A stretch of 64,000 nucleotides of DNA from Mustelus asterias (taxonomy: Eukaryota), in the NCBI RefSeq assembly GCF_964213995.1, contig NC_135804.1, positions 69,564,001-69,628,000 on the forward strand, given 5' to 3'. The notes beneath the pieces are model-generated. The model saw only the letters and a list, made by a program, of their open reading frames with translations, ran no database searches and had not been told where the DNA came from. Positions within the stretch are counted from its first letter, which is position 1. The number at the start of each line of letters is the position of its first letter. A program made the translations under genes and the position numbers. Positions 13,740 to 26,925 of this stretch are shown here, in pieces.

Positions 13740-16345
13740 CATAGAGGTTTACAGCATGAAAACAGCCCTTCGGCCCAACTTGTCCATGCCACCCTTTTTT
13801 TAAACCCCTAAGCTCTTCCCAATTGCCCACATTTGGCCCATATCCCTCTATACCCATCTTACCCATGTAACTGTCTAATTGCTTTTAGAACATAGAACAT
13901 AGAACATTACAGCGCAGAACAGGCCCTTCGGCCCACGATGTTGCACCGACCAGTTAAAAAAAAACTGTGACCCTCCAACCTAAACCAATTTCTTTTCGTC
14001 CATGAACCTATCTACGGATCTCTTAAACGCCCCCAAACTAGGCGCATTTACAACTGATGCTGGCAGGGCATTCCAATCCCTCACCACCCTCTGGGTAAAG
14101 AACCTACCCCTGACATCGGTTCTATAACTACCCCCCCTCAATTTAAAGCCATGCCCCCTCGTGCTGGATTTCTCCATCAGAGGAAAAAGGCTATCACTAT
14201 CCACCCTATCTAAACCTCTAATCATCTTATATGTTTCAATAAGATCCCCTCTTAGCCGCCGCCTTTCCAGCGAAAACAATCCCAAATCCCTCAGCCTCTC
14301 CTCATAGGATCTCCCCTCCATACCAGGCAACATCCTGGTAAACCTCCTCTGCACCCTCTCCAAAGCCTCCACATCCTTCCTGTAATGTGGGGACCAGAAC
14401 TGCACACAGTACTCCAAGTGCGGCCGCACCAGAGTTGTGTACAGTTGCAACATAACGCTACGACTCCTAAATTCAATCCCCCTACCAATAAACGCCAAGA
14501 CACCATATGCCTTCTTAACAACCTTATCTACTTGATTCCCAACTTTCAGGGATCTATGCACACATACACCTAGATCCCTCTGCTCCTCCACACTATTCAA
14601 AGTCCTCCCGTTAGCCCTATACTCAACACATCTGTTATTCCTACCAAAGTGAATTACCTCACACTTCTCCGCATTAAACTCCATCCGCCACCTCTCGGCC
14701 CAACTTTGCAACCTGTCTAAGTCTTCCTGCAAACTACGACACCCTTCCTCACTGTCTACCACACCACCGACTTTGGTGTCATCAGCAAATTTGCTAATCC
14801 ACCCAACTATACCCTCATCCAGATCATTAATAAATATTACAAACAGCAGTGGCCCCAAAACAGATCCCTGAGGTACACCACTTGTAACCGCACTCCATGA
14901 TGAATATTTACTATCAACCACCACCCTCTGTTTCCTATCCGCTAGCCAATTCCTGATCCAATTTCCTAGATCACCCCCAATCCCATACATCTGCATTTTC
15001 TGCAGAAGCCTACCATGGTGAACCTTATCAAACGCCTTACTAAAATCCATATATACCACGTCCACTGCCTTTTAAAATACAAAATTGTACCCGCCTCTAC
15101 TAATACCTCTGGCAGCTTGTTAAAGACACTCACCACCCTCTGTGTGAAAACATTGCCTCTCTGGACACTTTTGTATCTCCCCACCCACCCCCCCCCCACC
15201 CCCCCCCCCCTCCCCCCGTCTAATCTTAAACCTATGCCGTCTAGTTGCAGCTCCTCTACCTTTGGGAAAATATATTGACTACCTGGCTGATCTGTGCTCC
15301 TCATTATTTTATAGACCTCTATAAAATCACACCTCAGCCTTCTACGCTCCAGAGAATAATGTCCCAGTCTATCCAGTCTCTCCTTATAACTCAAACCATC
15401 AAGTCCCGGTAGCATCCTAGCAAATCTTTTCTGCACTCTTTCTAGTTTAATAATATCCTTTCTATGATAGGCTGACCAGAACTGTACACAGTATTCCAAC
15501 TGTGGCCTTATCAATGTCTTGTAAAACTTCAACAAGGCGCCACAACTTCTTTATTCAATGTTTTGACCAAGGAAATCAAGATGCTGAATGCCTTCTTCAC
15601 CACTCTGTTCACCTGTAACTCCACTTTCAAGGAGTTATGAACATGTACCCCCAGATCTCTTTGTTCTGCAATTCTCCCCAACGCCCTACCATTAACTGGG
15701 TAAGTCCTGCCCTGGTTCAATCTACCAAAATGCATCACCTCGCATTTATCTAAAGAAGCCAATTTTGTATCCAGTTAGATACCTCACCCTGGATCCCGTG
15801 AGATTTAACCTTATGCAAAAACCTACCATGCGGTACCTTGTCAAAGGCCTTGCTAAAGTCCATGTGGACAACATCAACTGCACTGCCCTTATCTACCTTC
15901 TTGGTTACCGTTTCAAAAAACCCAATCAAATTTGTGAGACATGATTTTCCACTCACAAACATGCTGACTGTCCCTAATGAGTCCTTGCATCTCTAACTGC
16001 CTGTACATCCTGTCTCTCAAGATGCCTTTCAACAGCTTACCCACCACAGATGTGAGGCTTCCTGGCCTGTAGTTCCCAGAATTTTCCCTACAACCCCTTT
16101 TAAACAAAGACACAACATTTGCCACCTTCCAATCTTCAGGCACCTCACCTGTGACTATCGATAATTCAAACATCTTTGCTAGAGGACCAGCAATTTCCTC
16201 CCTTGCCTCCCACAATGTCCTGGGATACACTTCATCAGGTCCCGGGGATTTATCTATCTTGATGTGCTTTAAGACTTCCAGCACCTCTTTCTCTATAATA
16301 TGTTCACTCCTCAAGACATCACTATTTATTTCCCCAAGTTCCCTG
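13740..16345 (-). mobile_element. older CR1 LINE with internal deletions/frameshifts (host of the previous element)
   Basis: KSPGPDEVYPR, DFSKAFDKVPH, IRPQLEYC pieces; 3' UTR resumes at 13740-13886. Confidence 0.9.
13887..15068 (-). mobile_element. young 5'-truncated CR1 (open 361-aa RT C-terminal ORF) nested in an older CR1
   Basis: DFSKAFDKV, PQGSVLGP, KFADDTK intact; (GTTCTAT)n tail at 13887-13905. Confidence 0.95.
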
Positions 16346-16429
16346 CGGAATTTTCCAGCATTTTCTCTTTTGATTTCAGATTTCAGCATCCACAGTAATT
16401 TGCTTTTATCCAGTGCAGCACTGAAGCTG

Positions 16430-18610
16430 TAGCACACCAGGGGGAAGCTTTTATCTAGTGCAGCCTGATGAATTCTCTGATTTTGATGTTCCAGGTGATC
16501 AAGTGGTTAGGAAGGGGGAGGCCTGTGATGACATGACTGCTGTAATGGAGGAAGAACACCCAGAACTTTCAGGAGGTGAGGAGCCTTCGTTACTGGCAGA
16601 GGAAGACTCCACACCTCTTGAAGCTCCACTTCTCACAGTCAATGACAGTGAAGAAGTGACCATTAATAAACTGCATGAAGTTGCAACGTTGTTAGCGGAA
16701 GGTTATGCTGACACTGGAATGAGACAAGCTGTCACCGTGAGTGATGTCTCCAAATAGCAAATGTGCTGCTGAGAAAGCATCATGAGAGTTCGGTGCAGTA
16801 GAATGAGCTACTAAGACAGCACTATGAGTTCCTTCAGCTGATAATAAATAAAGTGCAGACACCTGCCCCTGCACCCTCTGACCTGGAGCCACCCTATTCA
16901 GAGACAGTTGCCGCTGGGCAAGACCCGGCTCCATCAGCGATGCAGGGAGATATGTCATGTGGATGGGGAAGGGCCCAGGGAAGACACAGGAAGAATTGGT
17001 GTCCCTGTCTTCTCCCTCCAACACTGCTACCTCTACCTCAACAACCCTCTGCTCTTGTGCTGGTTCCATTTTAATTGCTTATTCCAATTTGTTTGTGTTT
17101 AACATTTCTGCCCTGTCTATTTGAAGTATTCAATTAGTATTATCATATTTGAATGTTACATTGGGATGTTTGAATAAATCATTTGTACAATTTTGTTAAG
17201 TTTAATGGAACAATTTATTAATCAAATTGCAAAAATAATTTTATAATTAGAAAACTTTAATCATGTTCACATTTAACTTAACATAACTATCTCAACTTAA
17301 AAATTTTGAACTAAAATATATTTTATAACTTTAACAATATAAACAACAAAATCCTTTTTTCTACTTTAACAAAACGGTTCCTGCCTTTTTGTAGACAAGG
17401 CAGTAAGAGGGGTTGACGGGTTTGAAGGGAAGAGTGGATGCAAAGGAGTGAAGGGGGCATTTGAACATATGAATTCAACATTTTTGAAGCTCGTTTATCC
17501 AAAAGCAGCAGCTGCCAGGCGATCTCGAACTGCCCTTGCGTCACCTGGAGTTCGGGCATTTCCATCAGGCTCCATATTGCCCTCTTCCAGCTCCTCCACC
17601 TCTGTTGGCAATTGATATTCTGGTTGAATGCTCAGTCAATGCTGGAGGGAAAGTTTTTTTAATGCACAACACGCTACAACAATCTTTGTCACTATCTCAT
17701 ATGCATACTGTAATGTGACCCCTGACCAGTCCATACGTCGAAAACGTAACTTCAGTACATCAATTGTCCTCTCCACTACCTGACGTGTTGCTACGTGAGC
17801 ATGGTTGTAACGTTCCTGTGCTTGATTGTTGGTCTTGTGGAATGGTGTCGTTAGCCATGTTCTCATTCGGCATTGCGTATCACCCAGCAACAATCCAATA
17901 ATTCTAGATGATGGTGTCATGGTCAGATATAACAGTGAACTTCCAAGAACAAATGGGTCATAGTCACGTCCCCAGTTGTTTGCCTTTACATTGAGGATCC
18001 TCATTTGTGCATCACACACTATCATGACATTTAAAGAATGGAATCCCTTCCTGTTGATAAACTAAGCAGCGTTATGTTTTGTTGCCTTCAGTGCAATATG
18101 GGTTTCATGAACAGCTCCAATTACCTTGGAAAACCAGCGATCCTGTGGAATGCGATGGGTGTCTCCTTCATCTTTGAGGGGATGTGTCAAAACTAATAAG
18201 CTCGGAAGACCTATGAAAAACCGCATCAATTACCTGGTGAATTCACATCCTCGCAGTATTTTGTGAAACCTTACAAAGGTCGCTATGCCATGCTGAACGG
18301 ACCCAGATGCCAAAATTCAGTGCTGTTCTGAGTTTCATCCCCACTGTTAAGGCAGTGCGGCAGTTAGAGTTGGGTTTCCGGTCTTGTCAACATTTCACGA
18401 ACGTGTCCCATTTCTTTCTTGTTGAAGTGCAGTCTCCTGGCGCACATCTCCTCTGACATCAATCCGTATGATGTCCTTTGCTTGTACACTCTAACGGGTG
18501 AGCAATTGGTTTGCCTCCTCGTTCGACGAAGATGTAGCGTGACACTTGGTTCATGATGTCTGCCCCGACGCTGAAGTCACAAAAAAGCAATAGTGATTCT
18601 TAAACTCATT
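16430..18610 (-). mobile_element. decayed Harbinger transposon: HARBI1-like DDE transposase pseudogene (minus, ~17560-18610) and probable convergent ORF2 remnant (plus, ~16450-17070)
   Basis: IVCDAQMRILNV...LLGD...ERYNHAHVATRQVVERTIDVLKLRFR is the DDE_Tnp_4 signature. Confidence 0.8.
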
Positions 18611-18901
18611 GTTCATAACAGGAGGCTTGCATGCTTGTGGGCCATGGCACGAGATTTACAGTGGGCTCAGGATTCTAAATATCTGTCAGACACATAGTTA
18701 CCATTAAGTTTCAGGATATTTTCATACGTCAACTGAGGCATTAAACTTTGCTAAAGCATTTGAAGTATTTACTTAAGCGTGTAAGAATCAACATAAACTA
18801 CATTATTGACTTACTTATGTATTTCTGAACGTAGGCTTGTAAGGATCAACATAAACTACATTATTAAATTATTTGCGTATTTCTTAATTTAGGTTTGTAA
18901 G

Positions 18902-21086
18902 CAGTGCCGGATTTAGGCATGAGTTAAACAAGCTACAGCTTAGGGCCTCACAATCCTCAGGGGCCTCACAAAGTTTCAGAAGGTTTACAATGAACAGAAC
19001 TTGTGTATGGAGTCAGTAGAGTAGGCGAGGTGATGGATGAATACTTTTCTTCAGTGTTCACCAAGGAGAGGGGCTATGTTTTTGAGGAAGAGAAGGTGTT
19101 ACAGGCTAATAGGCTGAAGGAAATATATGTTCGGAGGGAGGATGTCCTGGCAGTTTTGAATAAACTGAAGGTCGATAAGTCCCCTGGGCCTGATGAAATG
19201 TATCCTAGGATTCTTTGGGAGGCAAGGGATGAGATTGCAGAGCCTTTGGCTTTGATCTTTGGGTCCTCGCTGTCCACGGGGATGGTGTCAGAGGACTGGA
19301 GAATGGCGAATGTTGTTCCTCTGTTTAAGAAAGGGAATAGAAATGACCCTGGTAATTATAGACCGGTTAGTATTCCTTCGGTGGTTGGTAAATTGATGGA
19401 AAAGGTCCTTAGAGATGGGATTTACGACCATTTAGAAAGATGCAGATTAATCCAGGATAGTCAGCATGGATTCGTGAAGGGCAAGTCGTGCCTCACAAAT
19501 TTGATTGAATTTTTTGAGGAGGTAACGAAGTGTGTTGATGAAGGTAGGGCAGTTGATGTCATATACATGGATTTTAGTAAGGCGTTTGATAAGGTCCCCC
19601 ATGGTCGACTTATGATGAAAGTGAGGAGGTGTGGGATAGAGGGAAAGTTGGCCGATTGGATAGGTAACTGGCTGTCTGATCGAAGACAGAGGGTGGTGGT
19701 CGATGGAAAATTTTCGGATTGGAGGCAGGTTGCTAGCGGAGTGCCGCAGGGATCAGTGCTTGGTCCTCTGTTCTTTGTGATTTCTATTAATGACTTAGAG
19801 GAGGGGGCTGAAGGGTGGATCAGTAAATTTGCTGATGACACCAAGATTGGTGGGGTAGTGGATGAGGTGGAGGGCTGTTGTAGGCTGCAAAGAGACATAG
19901 ATAGGATGCAAAGCTGGACTGAAAAATGGCAAATGGAGTTTAACCCTGATAAATGTGAGGTGATTCATTTTGGTAGGACTAATTTAAATGTGGATTACAG
20001 GGTCAAAGGTAGGGTTCTGAAGACTGTGGAGGAACAGAGAGATCTTGGGGTTCATATCCACAGATCTCTAAAGGTTGCCACTCAAGTGGATAGAGCTGTG
20101 AAGAAGGCATATAGTGTGTTAGCTTTTATTAACAGGGGTTTGGAGTTTAAGAGCCGTGGGGTTATGCTGCAACTGTACAGGACCTTGGTGAGACCACATT
20201 TGGAGTATTGTGTGCAGTTCTGGTCACCTCACTATAGGAAGGATGTGGAAGCACTGGAAAGAGTGCAGAGGAGATTTACCAGGATGCTGCCTGGTTTGGA
20301 GGGTAGGTCTTATGAGGAAAGGTTGCGGGAGCTAGGGCTGTTCTCTCTGGAGCGGAGGAGGCTGAGGGGAGACTTAATAGAGGTTTATAAAATGATGAAG
20401 GGGATAGATAGAGTGAACGTTCAAAGACTATTTCCTCGGGTGGATGGAGCTATTACAAGGGGGCATAACGATAGGGTTCGTGGTGGGAGATACAGGAAGG
20501 ATATCAGAGGTAGGTTCTTTACGCAGAGAGTGGTTGGGGTGTGGAATGGACTGCCTGCAGTGATAGTGGAGTCAGACACTTTAGGAAAATTTAAGCGGTT
20601 ATTGGATAGGCACATGGAGCACACCAGGATGATAGGGAGTGGGATAGCTTGGTCTTGGTTTCAGATAAAGCTCGGCACAACATCGTGGGCCGAAGGGCCT
20701 GTTCTGTGCTGTACTGTTCTATGTTCTATGTACTGTTCTATGTTCTAGAACATTTAAGAGCGGATACCAGAAAAGAAAAAGAAAGCACCAGTTTGAAGAG
20801 CAACTCAAAAAATTACCAAAATTACCAAAATCTATGAGAGATCAAGCCAGCCAAATGATAAATATGTAATCAGTAAATGCATTCATTTAAAAATTGTTTG
20901 TATTTCTCACTTTGAATACCTTGCTATTAAATAATTAAAAAGCATAATTATGTTTTCAATTTTTTGTGGCGACCCAAGGTCCTGTTTTGGTACACACCTT
21001 TGTGAGACCTTTTGATGTAACTTTTTAACAAGGGGCCTCCAAGCTTTATATAGCTCAGGGCCTCACCAAGTCTAAATCCGGCACTG
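18902..21086. mobile_element. hAT-type MITE containing a CR1 insertion
   Basis: 15-bp perfect TIRs CAGTGCCGGATTTAG / CTAAATCCGGCACTG; 8-bp TSD TTTGTAAG / TTTGCAAG. Confidence 0.8.
19000..20748 (+). mobile_element. young 5'-truncated CR1 LINE, open 581-aa ORF2 RT region
   Basis: complete RT motifs without stops; (TGTTCTA)n tail. Confidence 0.95.
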
Positions 21087-22236
21087 TTTGCAAGAATCAA
21101 CATAAACTACAAAATTGAATTATTTATGGATTTCCTTACTGAGCCTTGTAAGGTCACACAACGGAAGTTAAAATAAATGAATTTTCTTAATTCACTACTG
21201 AGGCGTGTCAGGATTAACATAAACTACAGCACTTCAATTAAAATGTTTTCAAACATGCCAACCTCAAAACTACTCGAAGCGAGATCTCCTGCTTGGCTGC
21301 TCGCGGATTGTGGCTCCGAACAAAAAAGGTGTAAATTTTTTACGTAATACCGAACGTAATACCCGGGCCAGCAGACCAAGTCCGCCCTGTCTCGCGAAAG
21401 TATCTTGTGCGGCTGCAGGATGACCCGTCAGGACCGCACAGGAGGTTTTTGATAAGCGCACTTTGAGGCCAAAGGCCAATTACGCGTATGTTCGACGCTC
21501 CAACAGCGGAAACTGGCTGGAGGTTACGCCCGTATCTGCATGTATTCGGACAATATTGTAAGTTACTTATCTTGCAAAAGGAGCGAGAAAAGACCTGTTG
21601 AATATTTAACCCCAAATCGAAAAGGTCCAATGGAAGTTAATGCTTCCCTAATAAATCAAAATTTCAGACGAGAGGAATGACATATGCTTTGACATTTGAG
21701 TGGAAGGCAATGGGAAATCAGCCCTGAAAAAAACTGCCATGTAAACGGCTCAGGGTAAGGTATCAACTGACACTTAGCCACTGACTTGTTGTCGGGCAGA
21801 GCAGGCAAAACTGAAATGCATGAATTCTGAAATATAGTCAAAATGCAAGTTCTTGAAAAGCAATGCGTTAGTCGCAGGAATTAAAATTATATATATGACA
21901 ACACTTATAGAAAGTGTTCTGAACTTCACGAAGTTGTTAATTTTAGAAATATTTTAGGTCATTACACTTGGTAGTAGATTTTGCAACTTTCAAATCTGAA
22001 ACTTCAAAAACACACGTTTACCAACACGTGGATAGCCAATTTGAACATATTGAAAGCAATCCAGCCGAAATGTTAAGAAACCATGTTCAGATAATTTCGC
22101 AAATTCTGTAACTTAGTTTGAACTTAACGAACTGACCTTTTCTAATGCAAAGTCATTCTTTATCGAATTTACGATTAAAATCAGAGTGCGAAACAGACGT
22201 TATTTCGGGTTCTATCGTGAATGCTGAGGCGTAATG

Positions 22237-23721
22237 ACTAGTGACTAGTGGTGTTCCGCAGGGCTCTGTATTGGGACCTCTGCTGTTTGTGATTTATATA
22301 AATGATCTGGAAGAAGGAGTAACTGGGGTGATCAGTAAGTTTGCGGACGACACAAAACTGGCAGGACTTGCAGATAGTGAGGAACATTGTCAGAGGCTAC
22401 AGAAGGATATAGATAGGCTGGAAATTTGGGCAAAGAAATGGCAGATGGAGTTCAATCCTGATAAATGCGAAGTGATGCATTTTGGTGGGAATAATGTAGG
22501 GAGGAGCTACACGATAAATGGAGGAACCATAAAGGGTGTAGAGACGCAGAGGGACCTAGGTGTGCAAGTCCACAGGTCTTTGAAGGTGACGTCACAGGTG
22601 GAGAGGCGGTGAAGAAGGCATACGGCATGCTTGCCTTTATAGGACGGGGCATAGAGTATAAAAGTTGGGGTCTGATGTTGCAGATGTATAGAACGTTGGT
22701 TCGGCCGCATTTGGAATACTGCGTCCAGTTCTGGTCGCCACACTACCAGAAGGACGTGGAGGCTTTGGAGAGAGTACAGAGGAGGTTTACCAGGATGTTG
22801 CCTGGTATGGAGGGGCTTGGTTATGAGGAGAGATTGGGGAAACTGGGGTTGTTCTCCTTGGAAAGACGGAGGATGAGGGGAGACTTAATAGAGGTGTATA
22901 AAATTATGAAAGGCATAGATAGGGTGAACGGTGGGAAGCTTTTCCCCGGGTCGGTGGTGACGTTCACGAGGGGTCATAGGTTCAAGGTGAAGGGGGGGAG
23001 GTTTAACACAGACATCAGAAGGACATATTTTACACAGAGGGTCGTGGGGGCCTGGAATGTGTTGCCGGGCAAGGTGGTGGAGGCGGACACACTGGGAACG
23101 TTTAAGACTTATCTAGACAGCTGTATGAACGGAGTGGGAATGGAGGGATACAAAAGAGTGGTCTAGTTTGGACCAGGGAGCGGTGCGGGCTAATTGTTCT
23201 TTGTTTCTCGTTTCAAGGCTTCATTCTATGATCATCTTGCTGGTGCCAGTACAGAGCGAGACTGCGGATAGTTGGGAACCTGTCCAGGGGGCAGGGGATT
23301 CAGATGGTGTTCGTAAAGCAGAAGTGGAAATAAATAGGGTTGGGAAGCATTTTCTGATCAGGGCCAGTGTGATCTACTGGACTCGTTTCGATCGCCACAG
23401 GGGGTCGGAGAGGAATTTCCCAGATTTTTTTTTTCCCCATATTGGCCCTGGGGTTTTCACTCTGGGTTTCGTCTCTCCCTGGAGATCACATGGTCTGGAA
23501 TGGGGGGGGGGGGGTGGGGTGAGTTAATAGCTTGTGATGAACAAAGCATCGTAGCTGTGAGGGACAGCTCGGTGGATCGGATATTAGGATGTAGATAGGC
23601 TGGAAAATTGGGCGGGGATCCTGGATTCAGGATTCAATCCTGGACCGGGGAGCGGCGCGGGCTTGGAGGGCCGAAGGGCCTGTTCCTGTGCTGTATTGTT
23701 CTTTGTTCTTTGTTGTTCTTT
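22237..23721 (+). mobile_element. 5'-truncated CR1 with extended/chimeric 3' UTR
   Basis: RT C-terminus with one frameshift ~22605; TSD GTAATG (22231-36, 23722-27); (TGTTCTT)n tail. Confidence 0.9.
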
Positions 23722-23851
23722 GTAATGTAAAACGCACACAATCAAAGCACCAATATAATTGTTAAATGAGGAATAAGTCATTCTGTTGTGCTTACTTACA
23801 TTTTTGGTTATTTGAAATGTTACCAAGGAAACGTCCTACAGTCTTACCTAC

Positions 23852-24283
23852 CATGAACGGCAAGCATTCCGTTTCTGTTTACGTCACCCCGATGTTTGAC
23901 ACCACAGTAATATACCCCAACATGTTGCCAACGGACATCAAGTGAAAGGGACCCTGGCCTTTCCACAAAAATATCGCCTCCTCCTTTCTGAGTTTGGCTG
24001 CATACATGTACTTTCGCCGGGTCTCCGCCAGTAAATATTCACTTCAGAATTAGTGGAAAAATGTGGGAGCGTGAAAGCGAAGGTCCCATTTTCACCAATT
24101 ATCACAATCTTTTGATGGAGGGTTTGGAAGCCTTGGAACAGGACAGCGATAATAACTGTCAAAAATGTAAGAGATCGGACTCCCAGGAAATCAAAGATAT
24201 CTCTCCTAATGGAAAATTGATGCAAACCTGAGATAGGTGATAGAATCGGAATAGACAGAAACAATACCTGTGGGTAAATATCA
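23852..24283 (-). pseudogene. IgSF receptor pseudogene: leader exon (~24283-24228) and V-set exon (24131-23852), SIRP/NKp30-like
   Basis: hydrophobic IYPQVLFLSIPILSPISG, 96-nt phase-1 intron; V exon GENGTF...IYWRR...(+1 frameshift in T-run ~23970)...HVGVYYCGV; B-strand Cys lost, no ATG. Confidence 0.75.
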
Positions 24284-24869
24284 CGATACGCTGAAGTATG
24301 GCACAAGCAGCTGTATTCCGTAAGTAAGTTGCTATTTGCTGTAAACCAATAGGAAACGCTATTTCCAGCTCCTTTCGTGGGTGAACAATTTCGTCCAAAT
24401 TGCTGCCAATTATGCAACAATGAAGGGCGCACGACATATTAAAAGTGACCATGCACAGTGACGAACGAAAAGATGGAATATCTAAGTTTTGCCCGGAGCG
24501 TTGTATGGTTTGAACATCACACAATGCAAGTTTTCGCTGGCGTACAATTGAGACCACACCGTTTTACCCGGAGTATCGGTTAGCTACATATTAAACCGCA
24601 ATCAATGACTTAAAAGACCGTTTCCTGCATTATAGCATGTGTAAAACTAATTGTTTTAGAACAATGAAAATGTTGAGACACTGAATGCAAAACGACTTGG
24701 TGATTAATAACATTATGGACTATTATACTGATTTTCATAGCGATTAAATTAAGCCCGAAGCTACCGTTTCAATGCGAGGCAAAGCAAACTGTCCAGATAC
24801 GCTGTCATGCTCATACGTCCGTTCTTGGACTGGTGCACTCTTCCTGAGAAGACCAACGCAAACTAAAGG

Positions 24870-24965
24870 AACGGTGTAACTTCCGGTCCGAAATGCCGGG
24901 GCACATTGCATAAACCTCAGACATGTCGGTGAGACAACACGGAAGTCCCGACGCATGCGCGTTTG
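24870..24965. promoter_or_regulatory. CpG-rich promoter-like patch: two ETS/GABP sites and an NRF1-like site
   Basis: ACTTCCGG 24879-86, CGGAAGT 24940-46, ACGCATGCGCG 24951-61. Confidence 0.5.
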
Positions 24966-25310
24966 GTCGAGGTTATGAAAGCTGCCGGTCCTGAAGCGCT
25001 ATACTGCAATTGTGCCAAAACCTCCAGCACTTGCGCTGTTGTTAGGTGAATTTTTGCGCTTATTTATTTGCACTTTTAGTTTTTGGCCCGGCAGCAGCGC
25101 ATAAAGGCAGCAGACATTCTTTGGGTTGTTTTTTTCTTGTGCATGCTTCATAAATTGTTTGATAAGTATGGCACAGAAAATGAATTTTTTTTACATCGTC
25201 ATGAATACTAATTGCATTAAAATTTTTCGTCATATAAAACAAAGTGGAAACAAAAGACAAAATGCTGGAAAGTCTCAGCAGGTCCGGCAGCATCTGTAAG
25301 GAGAGGCAAG

Positions 25311-25350
25311 AACTAACGTTTCGAGTCCAGATGACTCTTTGTCAACGCTA
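25311..25350 (-). ncRNA. minimal type I hammerhead ribozyme motif (U3-A8 variant) in inverted pLTR
   Basis: TTGACAA-A-GAGTC-atctg-GACTC-GAAA-C-GTT. Confidence 0.65.
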
Positions 25351-26083
25351 AAAGGCATAGAAAGTGGGAGATATTTATACTGCAGTGTAAGGGAATGAAA
25401 GATGATCCATAGCAATAAAACAAGAGGAAAGGCTGCTAATGGCAGTCCATAGAGAGAATGAAAGGTGTGCATGGCCAAACGGCAGAGAAACTGAAATCAG
25501 AGGGTAATCTGTAACAGATCAAGAAGTGGGGGGAGCAGGGGGGAATAGGTGGGACAGAGGTAAAATTGAGAAAAAGGAGGAAAGGGAAAACAAAGCGGGA
25601 GAAAAGGTAAGGCTGAGCACCTTAGGTCTGTGCGCAATCAGGACCCTCACCTTCTCGTTGCCATTTTAACGCACGATCTTTCTCTCATGCCCACATATCT
25701 GTCCTTGGCCTGCTGGAGAAACAGCATCTCATCTTCTGGCTAGGCACATTACAACCTTCCGGTCTCAACATCGAATTCAACAACTTCAGATGATTAGTTC
25801 TACCCCACCTCAATCCTTTTGTTTTCATTTCACTTTATTTTTAACTGTTCTCTACCTTTTACTTGTTTACTGTTCTTTCCCCCACAAACGTTCCCCTATT
25901 TTAGCCCCCGTTTCCTTACGTTTTCTCCCCCCTTGCTTCCCCTTTCTTTTTCTCAATTTTACCTATCTCCCACCTATTCTCCCCCTCTCCCTCCCATATC
26001 ATCATCTGTCATAGCTTACATCCGAGTTCAACTTCTCAGCCATTTGGCCATTCACAACTTTTATTCGTTATATGGACTGCTAT

Positions 26084-26800
26084 TGTAAGGGAAATTGTAC
26101 TGGATATTGTATGAGTTTAGTATGGAATTCAGATTCATAGGTTTTAGTGAAATAATAAAGCAGATTTAGATAAGTAGTGAAAATGGATATGTAACCTAAA
26201 GTAACTTCGTGTGACCTAATATAATCAAGTGTAGTCGATATGATCAAAGTGGAGGAACTAGAGAAGTAATATAGCAATCACTAATTAAGGAAAGCAGACA
26301 ATAGTCACTTAAGAAAACAAGGAAGACTGCTCGGTGGTTCAACTTAATAGTGGACCATAAATCAGCAGGGGGGATGTCTTTTCTTCTAAACACATTCGCC
26401 TTAGCTTACAAAACCACGATTATTGTACAAACAGAAAAGTTCAGATAAGAGCAAGAGTTATAACCACCATGGTTTAAGAGACAAAGAGATATAACAGGGA
26501 GCGACCGATTGCAAAGAAAACAGATAAAGGGTCAACTAAAAATAATGATGGCCAAAGAAAGAGCGGGCTGTAGGGTAAGATAACAACCAAGGACAGGCAG
26601 TAAAAGGGAGATAAGGATCTTGAGATAGGAGGCTGAAATGTACATAAAAGAGTGTAAGCCCAAGGGCTCTTTGGAGTGTTCCGGACGTTCCCGACTTTAT
26701 CTCTTGTGCTGAGAAATAAAGTCTATTGCTTGGAAGATCGCTGCTCAGACTCTCTGTTTTAATTGATGTGAATAAATTGTCGTCCTGGGGAACCACGACA
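26084..26800 (+). repeat. ERV 5' LTR (717 bp)
   Basis: TGTAAG...CGACA; CATAAAA TATA variant ~26643, AATAAA 26715-20; no difference from the 3' LTR found by eye. Confidence 0.97.
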
Positions 26801-26804
26801 AAAT

Positions 26805-26824
26805 TGGCGCTGCTTAGCAGGGTT
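26805..26824 (+). promoter_or_regulatory. primer-binding site, most like tRNA-Ser
   Basis: TGGCGCTGCTTAGCAGGGTT resembles the complement of vertebrate tRNA-Ser(TGA/CGA) 3' ends (imperfect). Confidence 0.7.
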
Positions 26825-26915
26825 GGTGAGAGATCGCCCAGAAAAGCATCTGGAAGGAGTAGCGGAGACGGTGGTCCGACCGGAACCGAGAAGTCCCCAG
26901 CCGGCCTTCTGTCAA

Positions 26916-26925
26916 CAAGGTAAGC
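26916..26925 (+). promoter_or_regulatory. probable major splice donor for env mRNA
   Basis: CAAG|GTAAGC ~100 nt after the PBS. Confidence 0.6.

Larger units (their letters stand above)
18720..21240. repeat. ~58-bp minisatellite (GTAAGAATCAACATAAACTAC...) split by the hAT MITE
   Basis: copies at ~18781, 18838, 21090 and ~21210. Confidence 0.7.

Noticed and set aside
18720-21240. Regularly spaced repeats resembling a CRISPR array
   Set aside because: Eukaryotic context, degenerate tandem units without unique spacers, no cas genes
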